A stretch of 11,627 bases of DNA. It comes from Calditrichia bacterium (GTDB lineage: Bacteria > Calditrichota > Calditrichia > RBG-13-44-9). Shown here piece after piece: positions 1 through 6,976 of this stretch. The first letter of the stretch is position 1. Each line of letters starts with the position of its first letter. The notes below the pieces were generated by a model. It saw only the letters and a program-made list of their open reading frames with translations, had not been told where the DNA came from and did not search any database. A program made the position numbers and the translations under genes. The stretch lies in contig JARRQT010000095.1 of NCBI GenBank assembly GCA_037381445.1, positions 1-11,627 of the forward strand, read 5' to 3'.

Positions 1-1215
1 CAGGAGAACAGTATTGAAGATGGAAGCGCGGTAGCGGCCTGTGCCAAGCATTTCGTGGGTGATGGCGGAACCACCGACGGCGTGGATCAGGGCAACTGCG
101 AGTGCGACGAAGAAACACTACGAAAGATACATCTGCCGGGATATATTGAAGCCATGAAAGCCGGGACAAAAACAATCATGGTTTCTTTCAGCAGTTGGAA
201 CGGGACAAAAATGCACGGCCACAGATACCTGTTGACAGACGTCCTTAAAGGCGAGCTGGGTTTCGGCGGATTCCTCGTTTCGGATTGGGCTGCCATCGAT
301 CAACTCCCCGGCGATTATAAAAGCGATATCGAAAATTCCATCAATGCCGGTTTGGATATGATCATGATAACCGCCGGACCCGGCGCCCCGAACAACTATT
401 TTGAATTCGTTGAAAATTTGAAGGACCTGGTAAATGAGGGAAGGGTGCCGTTGTCGCGCATCGATGACGCGGCCCGCAGAATCCTTCGGGTAAAATACGA
501 GCTGGATATTTTTGGACATCCGTTCACGGACAGCAAGCTTACCGAAAAAATTGGCTCTGCCGAACATCGGGAAGTGGCCCGCCAGTGCGTCAGGGAATCG
601 CAAGTGCTTCTCAAAAATGAAAACCGGATTCTTCCCCTGTCTAAAAACCTGAAGCATATCCTGGTGGCCGGAAAGATTGCGGACGATATCGGCAGCCAGT
701 GCGGCGGCTGGACAATCAGCTGGCAGGGAGAAAGCGGAAACACCGTGACAGGCGGCACCACGATTTTGCAGGCCATCCAAAATAGTGTCAGTCCCGAAAC
801 GCGGGTTTCTTATTCGGCTGACGGCAGTCAGACGGAAAGCGCGGAAGTTGGAATTGTGGTGGTGGGCGAAACTCCCTATGCCGAGATGGAGGGTGACCGT
901 GACACGCTGGCCCTTTCTTCAGAGGATAGGAAAACCATCGGCAGCGTAAAGGCGGCGGGCATTCCCATGGTTGTTATCCTGGTTTCCGGAAGACCCTTAA
1001 TCATTAATGAAGCACTGGAGAGCAGTGACGCTTTTGTAGCTGCCTGGCTCCCCGGCAGCGAGGGTCAGGGAGTTGCCGATGTACTGTTCGGCGATTACAA
1101 ATTTACCGGCAAATTAACCCATTCATGGCCGAAAACCATGGCACAGATCCCCATCAATGTGGACGACCAGAACTATGATCCCTTATTCCCGTATGGCTAC
1201 GGACTGGAAGACTGA
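1..1215 (+). CDS. GH3 beta-glucosidase / beta-D-glucan exohydrolase (barley ExoI-like), 5'-truncated by the window edge
   Basis: Frame is open from base 1 ([24 protein letters not shown]), so the ORF-track start at 55 is internal. GH3 motifs: [32 protein letters not shown] (nucleophile Asp), GETPYAE (acid/base Glu as in ExoI-type enzymes), [17 protein letters not shown]. Stop TGA at 1213-1215. Confidence 0.95.
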   Translation, partial: QENSIEDGSAVAACAKHFVGDGGTTDGVDQGNCECDEETLRKIHLPGYIEAMKAGTKTIMVSFSSWNGTKMHGHRYLLTDVLKGELGFGGFLVSDWAAIDQLPGDYKSDIENSINAGLDMIMITAGPGAPNNYFEFVENLKDLVNEGRVPLSRIDDAARRILRVKYELDIFGHPFTDSKLTEKIGSAEHREVARQCVRESQVLLKNENRILPLSKNLKHILVAGKIADDIGSQCGGWTISWQGESGNTVTGGTTILQAIQNSVSPETRVSYSADGSQTESAEVGIVVVGETPYAEMEGDRDTLALSSEDRKTIGSVKAAGIPMVVILVSGRPLIINEALESSDAFVAAWLPGSEGQGVADVLFGDYKFTGKLTHSWPKTMAQIPINVDDQNYDPLFPYGYGLED

Positions 1216-1245
1216 TTATCAAATCAATATAATGGGGAGTGCCAG

Positions 1246-1272
1246 AGGGGCGGTTAAAACCGCCCCTTTTTT
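1246..1272 (+). terminator. Rho-independent terminator of the GH3 gene
   Basis: Perfect 9-bp stem AGGGGCGGT (1246-1254) / ACCGCCCCT (1259-1267), 4-nt loop TAAA, T-run to 1272, 30 nt after the stop. Confidence 0.9.
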
Positions 1273-1411
1273 ATGATCACCATCCATGCTGCTTGATGAA
1301 GTTCCTCATACCGTGTCTGATGACAAATTGCGGACAGACAATCACAGAGATAACGCCGCTGGCCCGCCGTAAAATCCATTTTTCGTGAAATAGAAACAGA
1401 ATCAATTCCAT

Positions 1412-1457
1412 AAAAAATCCCCCTTTCAGGACGTCCGAGCCATTCACAGGGGGATTT
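1412..1457 (-). terminator. Probable Rho-independent terminator of the minus-strand glucanase operon
   Basis: 10-bp inverted repeat AAATCCCCCT (1415-1424) / AGGGGGATTT (1448-1457) with a 23-nt loop. The A6 run at 1412-1417 reads as U6 on the - strand. It lies about 22 nt past the stop at 1480. Confidence 0.7.
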
Positions 1458-1479
1458 CTGCGACTTGTTTTGCATTATT

Positions 1480-3504
1480 TTATCGAAGGTATACCATCCG
1501 CCTGGTTTTGGAATAACCTCCAAATCTGACCTGATAAAAATAGACGCCCGAGGAAAGGGCAATTCCGTCTACATTTCGGCCGTCCCAATGAAAGGTATTC
1601 CAGCCAGCCGTCGCGGATTTCTTCAACTGCCGGACCAATTCACCCGAGACCGAATATATGCGGCACTCCGCTTTTCCGCCGGACGGCAAAAAGAAAGATA
1701 TGTTCGTTTCGCTGTTAAATGGATTCGGGTAATTCTGCTGCAACTCAAATTCATCCGGAACTGAGGATGTTTGCGGCTCATTTATGCTGTCGGCAATTTT
1801 CAAATCAAATTCCATGCGGTTAATATTGAAACCGGCTTTGTCAATGCGCAGTCTGAGGGAATGTGTCCCACCCGGAATACGGATTTCCTCCGATTCCACA
1901 TCTTTCCAGGTATACCATCCGCCAGTTGCCGAAATGGGAAGCGATTGGACCAACGCCTGATTATCAAGGAGCAGAGAGAGAAAGCCGTTTCCGCCCGGAC
2001 TGGCAACCCGAAAATCTGCTCTGTAGGTTCCGGCAGTATCCACAGTGACCGTATAATTCAGCCATTCGCCATCCTGCGTCCAGCCGACGCCGTATTCAGC
2101 GCCGCCGCTGTCCCGGCTTTTCTCGATGTCCACACCGTCATTTCGGTAGGAATATCCCTGGTTCCAGCTTGTCGCTCCCTGGTTTACCAGTTTATATTCA
2201 TTATCGGAATAGGCAATGCCGTTGGTTCCCAGATCAAAATCGGCCGCATCGATCATTCCCGGCAGATGGTGCTCGGCATAGGGCTTTGCTATGGCGCCAA
2301 ATTCGGGATCGAACAGCGATGCCGCCACATCCGGACGATATGTGCATTTCTCCAGCGCCAGATTTTCCGCCATTTCAAATAGTGCCGCTCTGGCGGAAGC
2401 GGCATCCGGTCTGGGGATTTTTCCGTTCCAGTAATCCAGAATTCTCTGGTAGCCGGGAGTAATGGAAGCGGAATAGGGACTGGTGGTGGTTTCAATTTTC
2501 TTATGCGTCCACCAGCACCAGCTTATGTTCTTCTCTTCCATCACCTGAACCACCTCATAAAACCAGGGATTGGAATTCTCCCCTGTTTCTCCCAGCCATA
2601 GCGGTACATTGTAATTATTGCGTAGCTGCAGGTAGCCGCTGATAGTTCCCGCATCCGTTTCATTCCAGTATTTGTGGAAACTGTACACCACGTTGCTGGT
2701 ATTATTGTAATTGTCGATGAGAATTGGATAGGTGAAAGAGGAGAAGTCGGTAGCATACCAGTTCCCTTCGACGATAACAATATGATTAGGATCCGCCTCC
2801 CGGATCGCCTGGGTGATGCGTTTGTAAAAATTGCGCAGATCCGCATTGGTCACACCAGTTGGGAGCACCGGTTCATTAAGCAGATCGTAGCCGGCGACCC
2901 ATTCTTCATCGGCATAACGCTTGGCTATCTTTTTCCAGATTTCCACAGTCCGGTCCTGGTTGGAAACGACTGTCCAAAGCCGTGCTTCCCCGTCGCTGTC
3001 GCTGATATTCCCCGCGTTTTGACCTCCGGGCGCACAGTGCATATCCAGAATGACGTATAACTGGTATTTCCTGCACCAGGCAATCAGGGAATCGAAAACC
3101 GCAAAACCTTCTTCCAGAAAGACACCCGGCTGGTCTTCCGGCGACAACATCCGGTAGTTGAATGGGAGGCGGATGGAATTATACCCGAGGGCCGCGATCT
3201 GCGCGATGTCCCGCTCATTAACATAATTTGCCTCATACCTTTTGTAGAATTCTTTTGCGTCCTGTTCACCGATCAGATCGGTAATCATTTGCCGGATGAC
3301 AGTCGGTGATCCGTAGCCGGGGATATGCAGCATATAGCCTTCCGGCACCAGCCAGCCGCCCAGGCCGACCCCCCGCAGAAAAACGGGGTTTTCGTTTTCG
3401 TCCACTATCTCGCGACCTTTTGCTTTCAAGAATGGATAGGCACTCTGCTGGAAAACCAGAAGTGCCAGAAAAATAAATATCAAACTGGTTTGCAGTTGTT
3501 TCAT
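1480..3504 (-). CDS. Secreted GH5 endo-beta-glucanase with CBM6 and C-terminal T9SS/FlgD-Ig-like sorting domain (674 aa)
   Basis: Signal peptide MKQLQTSLIFIFLALLVFQQSA. GH5 motifs LRGVGLGGW, NSIRLP, ILDMHCAPGGQ, YDLLNEP (acid/base), FHKY, WLGETGEN (nucleophile). CBM6-like YRNDGVDIE..VGWTQDGEWLNYTV..RVAS..TGGWYTW. C-terminal QNYPNPFN..WDG..LSSGVYFY. RBS-like AAAGGA 9 nt upstream of the ATG. Confidence 0.93.
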   Translation of the reverse strand: MKQLQTSLIFIFLALLVFQQSAYPFLKAKGREIVDENENPVFLRGVGLGGWLVPEGYMLHIPGYGSPTVIRQMITDLIGEQDAKEFYKRYEANYVNERDIAQIAALGYNSIRLPFNYRMLSPEDQPGVFLEEGFAVFDSLIAWCRKYQLYVILDMHCAPGGQNAGNISDSDGEARLWTVVSNQDRTVEIWKKIAKRYADEEWVAGYDLLNEPVLPTGVTNADLRNFYKRITQAIREADPNHIVIVEGNWYATDFSSFTYPILIDNYNNTSNVVYSFHKYWNETDAGTISGYLQLRNNYNVPLWLGETGENSNPWFYEVVQVMEEKNISWCWWTHKKIETTTSPYSASITPGYQRILDYWNGKIPRPDAASARAALFEMAENLALEKCTYRPDVAASLFDPEFGAIAKPYAEHHLPGMIDAADFDLGTNGIAYSDNEYKLVNQGATSWNQGYSYRNDGVDIEKSRDSGGAEYGVGWTQDGEWLNYTVTVDTAGTYRADFRVASPGGNGFLSLLLDNQALVQSLPISATGGWYTWKDVESEEIRIPGGTHSLRLRIDKAGFNINRMEFDLKIADSINEPQTSSVPDEFELQQNYPNPFNSETNISFFLPSGGKAECRIYSVSGELVRQLKKSATAGWNTFHWDGRNVDGIALSSGVYFYQVRFGGYSKTRRMVYLR

Positions 3505-3633
3505 AATAAAAGATCCTTTGATCCGTTTGTCCGATGATTCTCTGGTTCTGAGGTATTTGGTATAGCTTTCCTAACCAACACAGTTTCATTCCATATACAA
3601 TAATTCAAAGCTTTGTTTCAGATGTTTGCCCGC

Positions 3634-5436
3634 TTATTTTACCAGTACCGCCTTGTGGACCGCCGCCAGATTCCCGTCCACAAGAATGCGGCAGAAATAA
3701 AGTCCGGAACTCATCCCCTCCCCGTTCAGCATAAAAGAATGGTTGCCGGCCGACTGCCGCCGGTCTACCAGCTTTTTAATCAGCTGCCCGGATATATCAA
3801 ACAGGTCCATCGAAACATCGGCCGTCCGGGGCAGACAATACTGAATGCGGGCCGTAGCGTTAAAGGGGTTGGGATACAGACCGAGTTGAAATTCTGATGG
3901 AATTTCGCTTTTCCCGCCGATACTACTTGCATTCGCCTCGATTTCGATACCGCTGAGGACAGCTTTATTTATCAGCGGTTCAAAATAAAGATCCAGAAGC
4001 CCGTCCTTTACCCCCACATCCGGAATGGTTAACCGGTAAGCAGTCTTTGCGCCGGCTGATGCGAAAATGTCTACCATCGACAACACCGTTTTACCTTCCG
4101 CATGCACATTAAAAACCCGCTGACCCGCATCATTCATTTCCGTTTCCGCGAAAAGCAGATCAACTGAATAATGGCCGTTGGGAAGCCGCACCTGGTAGAA
4201 TGTCAATCCCTTCTGCTCACTGCGATAAATTTCATCCTGCTCCGTTCCCAGAATATCCACTGCTCCCGAAACTTCAAAAGGACTGCCGCCGGTTGTGCCG
4301 TAATTTTCTGAATAATCATAAGTCTGATCGCCAACATATTCTGCGGCCGCTGTCCCGCCCACATTGATTTTCAGGGGCAGTTCGGGGTAAGCCTGCGGCA
4401 CCAAATGCTGCAATGACATCTTATTGCCGGCCGTATCGCTGATGTCCGTCAGTATCAGGTTATAGGATTTCCCCGGCTCCAGCGGAGAGGTCTGCAGCGT
4501 GACAGTTTGTCCATCGGGATGCAGCTGCGCCGACTGGATGGTTACGCCAGTCATCAAATAATTGCCTGTCTTTTCCGCAGCACTTTTCTCCAAAATTTCG
4601 GAAAAATAAAGATCCACCCGGCTGCCGGTTTTTCTGGCCCACACCGCATATGGCGGAACATTGTCCTGATCGCTCACCGGCGCACCGCTGTAACCAACAC
4701 TGCTGCCGGTGGTCAGGCAGAGAATAAGGTATCCGTCCCGGAATACCGCATTATCATAAATGAAATCCGAATTATTGCCGTCCCAGGTATGGCTGGCCTT
4801 GCTCCAGTGGGCCTGGTCCCAACTGTCAAAAGGGGCTGTCCACTGCAATGTAAAATTGGTGCTGTCGCCGGGAGTGTAGGCATAATATTTGACCCAGTCA
4901 TAATAGGCAAAGATAGGCAGGGAGGCCGGATCAAGAATTCCGGCCCAGTCCGGATAATCCGGCGGCCAGATATTCATCATAATTTTCTGGGAATGGGTCA
5001 GCGTTTTAATGTGATCGCCGGTCTGGCGGAAGGTCTCAACGCCGTCCACCAACCACGCCACATAGTCCGGCGTCCATTCGAAGGCGTAAACATGAAAGTT
5101 ATCGTGCGGATTGAAATGCAGCGTGTCCCGGTAGACATGATTAACCTGGTAGGATGTCCCCGGCGTAATGGCATTATATTGGGCTTCGTTCAGATAACGT
5201 CCCATGATCTCAATATCGATTTCGTTCCAGGTCGCGCTTCCTCCTCCGCCGTCATAATAGGTGAAAAAAGAAGACAGCATACCGCTTCCCTGCCCCGATT
5301 TCATTCGCACCTCAAAGCGGCCGTACTTATAAGCCTCATTGGTGCGCAATTCGGCTCCCTTATAGGTTTTGCCGTATGAGCCAGCGACAGCCGCAAAAAG
5401 GATTAAATAAATCGCGAATACCCGGAATTGCTTCAA
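3634..5436 (-). CDS. GH16 beta-1,3(-1,4)-glucanase (Fibrobacter-type circularly permuted lichenase-like) + Ig-like + malectin (CBM57-like) + C-terminal sorting domain (about 600 aa)
   Basis: Catalytic WNEIDIE (EIDIE at 5223-5209), GAELRT..YGRFEVRMK, FHVYAFEWTPDYVAWLVDG, KIMMNIW. Ig-like VDLYFSE..VTLQT..ISDTAGN. Malectin KINVGG..IYRSE..LLFAE..RVFNV..VLSGIEI. C-terminal YPNPFN..SSGLYF. Start moved from GTG 5487 to TTG 5436 because GGAGGT (5449-5444) lies 7 nt upstream and MKQFRVFAIYLILFAAVAGSYG is a typical signal peptide. Confidence 0.9.
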   Translation of the reverse strand: MKQFRVFAIYLILFAAVAGSYGKTYKGAELRTNEAYKYGRFEVRMKSGQGSGMLSSFFTYYDGGGGSATWNEIDIEIMGRYLNEAQYNAITPGTSYQVNHVYRDTLHFNPHDNFHVYAFEWTPDYVAWLVDGVETFRQTGDHIKTLTHSQKIMMNIWPPDYPDWAGILDPASLPIFAYYDWVKYYAYTPGDSTNFTLQWTAPFDSWDQAHWSKASHTWDGNNSDFIYDNAVFRDGYLILCLTTGSSVGYSGAPVSDQDNVPPYAVWARKTGSRVDLYFSEILEKSAAEKTGNYLMTGVTIQSAQLHPDGQTVTLQTSPLEPGKSYNLILTDISDTAGNKMSLQHLVPQAYPELPLKINVGGTAAAEYVGDQTYDYSENYGTTGGSPFEVSGAVDILGTEQDEIYRSEQKGLTFYQVRLPNGHYSVDLLFAETEMNDAGQRVFNVHAEGKTVLSMVDIFASAGAKTAYRLTIPDVGVKDGLLDLYFEPLINKAVLSGIEIEANASSIGGKSEIPSEFQLGLYPNPFNATARIQYCLPRTADVSMDLFDISGQLIKKLVDRRQSAGNHSFMLNGEGMSSGLYFCRILVDGNLAAVHKAVLVK

Positions 5437-5443
5437 ATTCTTT

Positions 5444-5449
5444 ACCTCC
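5444..5449 (-). promoter_or_regulatory. Ribosome-binding site of the GH16 gene
   Basis: GGAGGT on the - strand, 7 nt before the in-frame TTG at 5436. Confidence 0.8.
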
Positions 5450-5520
5450 GTTTTCTGTTCAATCTGCAAATAGTCATAATTTTTCACTGGAATATCATTG
5501 CCCGTAAAATACTCAACTAT

Positions 5521-6747
5521 TTAGGGCTGGAGTCCCAGTGCTTTCACATACCCATTGTTGGGATGGTTATTTTCTAAAAGACAATTTTTCAGGAAACCGT
5601 TCAATGCAGCGCGGGCGTGCTCCGGCGAAGGCCGGCCTTTGCGCTTCTCAGCGAAATTTGCTCCGCGCAGCTTGCTGTATTCGACGATCTCATCATAATA
5701 TTGCGGCCGCGGGAAAGTGACCATGCAACTGGTGGCGTCCATCTTTTTGTAGGGCCAGAAGCACCAGCCAATATTCCTTGATTCCAGCAGGACCCGGCAG
5801 GAATCGATCCACCCGTCGCGGTTTTCGCCTGATTCACCCAGCCAGATGGGGACGTTATAGCGGTCCCGGTAATCCAGAAACTGCTGAATGGAGGCAATAG
5901 TATTTTCATTCCAGTACTTATGGAATGTGTAAACCAGCAGGGAATCAAAGGGCGGTCCGAAGACGCTGAAATCCGTGTCCCAGTGCGCCCCGCCCAGAAA
6001 AATGAGATGGCTGCGGTCCACTTCCCGGATCGCGGCGGTAATCCGTTTGTAAAGCGGCTCCAGCAGGGGACGGTATTTCTGCACCTCTTCAAAATGGGGA
6101 ATTGGCTCATTCAGAAGGTCATAACCAATAACAGTTGGTTCGTCGGCATAGCGTTCGGCGATTTTCCACCAGACTGCCACAGTTCTGTCCTGGCTTTCCG
6201 GACTCTCGAACAGCCAGGGCGTGCCCCAACTGTCATCGATATTATCCCCGGTCTGCCCGCCGGGCGCGCAGTGCATATCCAGAATAACATAGAGTCCGGC
6301 TTCCCTGGACCATTCGATAACCCGGTCCAGCATTTCAAAACCCGGTCCCAGCCACGTGCCCGGGTAATCCTCCGGTGTCATGAGTTTGTAATTAAACGGC
6401 ACCCGGATGGAATTCAGACCGGCCTTCCGGATAAATTGAATATCTTCGCGTGTAATATAATTATCCCGGAATTTCTTCCAGAAAGCGCGGGCCTCCGCCG
6501 GCCCCACCAGTCCTGTAATCACTTCATTAATGGCCCGGGGGGTATTTGCCACGTCGGTAAATTTGAACATGTAGCCTTCCGGAACCAGCCAGTTCCCCAG
6601 GTTGATTCCCCGCAGCAGCAGATTTTGGCCGTCCGGCGTCACAATGTTCTTTCCCTTAACCGTAACAAAGGAATTTGTCTGCGCGGGAAGAAAACCGGCC
6701 GGGAGAAACAGTAGCAGCGCCATTACCAGAAAGATCATTATTTTCAT
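5521..6747 (-). CDS. Single-domain GH5 glycoside hydrolase with signal peptide, no CBM or sorting domain (about 408 aa), paralog of 1480-3504
   Basis: LRGINLGNWLVPEGYM, NSIRVPF, ILDMHCAPGGQ, YDLLNEP, FHKYW, WLGESGEN, WCFWPYK. ATG 6747 is preferred over TTG 6762 because AAAGGA lies 5 nt upstream. Signal peptide MKIMIFLVMALLLFLPAGFLPA followed by Q. Confidence 0.92.
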   Translation of the reverse strand: MKIMIFLVMALLLFLPAGFLPAQTNSFVTVKGKNIVTPDGQNLLLRGINLGNWLVPEGYMFKFTDVANTPRAINEVITGLVGPAEARAFWKKFRDNYITREDIQFIRKAGLNSIRVPFNYKLMTPEDYPGTWLGPGFEMLDRVIEWSREAGLYVILDMHCAPGGQTGDNIDDSWGTPWLFESPESQDRTVAVWWKIAERYADEPTVIGYDLLNEPIPHFEEVQKYRPLLEPLYKRITAAIREVDRSHLIFLGGAHWDTDFSVFGPPFDSLLVYTFHKYWNENTIASIQQFLDYRDRYNVPIWLGESGENRDGWIDSCRVLLESRNIGWCFWPYKKMDATSCMVTFPRPQYYDEIVEYSKLRGANFAEKRKGRPSPEHARAALNGFLKNCLLENNHPNNGYVKALGLQP

Positions 6748-6779
6748 GATTTTCCTTTTCAATACGATGCGGGAAAAGG

Positions 6780-6796
6780 TTCAAGAATCATACCAA
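6780..6796 (-). promoter_or_regulatory. Putative sigma54 (-24/-12) promoter of the GH5-GH16-GH5 operon
   Basis: - strand TTGGTATGATTCTTGAA: GG (6794-6793), N10, GA (6782-6781). Spacing is exact but -12 is GA rather than GC. The predicted start near 6769 lies just upstream of the RBS and ATG 6747, and a sigma54 activator gene is adjacent. Confidence 0.6.
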
Positions 6797-6960
6797 AGGA
6801 CAATTCGAGCGTCAGATGACGGCATTGCAGGAATTAGAAATCCGGAAAAGATTTGCGTCAGACTTAAATTATTAAAATGATAATGAAATAGTTCTGAACT
6901 GAATCGCCAGGTTCGGTGATCTTCTCCGGAAAATCGTCTTCAATAGATTTATTTGACCAA

Positions 6961-6976
6961 TGGTATCGTTTATGCT
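6961..6976 (+). promoter_or_regulatory. Putative divergent sigma54 (-24/-12) motif pointing antisense into the response regulator gene
   Basis: TGGTATCGTTTATGCT: GG (6962-6963), N10, GC (6974-6975). It shares TGGTAT with the - strand promoter and overlaps the regulator's stop codon. Confidence 0.4.

Noticed and set aside
1254..1562. 102-aa minus-strand ORF across the convergent intergenic region
   Set aside because: It overlaps the GH5 C-terminus, runs through both terminator hairpins and has no recognisable domain.
3511..3538. Short imperfect tandem GATCC(G)TTT units upstream of the GH5-CBM6 start
   Set aside because: Only 2-3 degenerate 8-9 bp units with no spacers. This is not CRISPR-like and overlaps the RBS.
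3557..3573. TTGGTATAGCTTTCCTA, a third TGGTAT-containing sigma54-like site
   Set aside because: No GC or GA at the -12 position (CT instead) and it faces antisense. It is better explained as part of a weak hairpin.
3026..6285. 26-bp near-identical direct repeat (3026-3051 / 6260-6285) as a mobile-element or recombination scar
   Set aside because: Both copies encode the conserved ILDMHCAPG motif of the paralogous GH5 domains.
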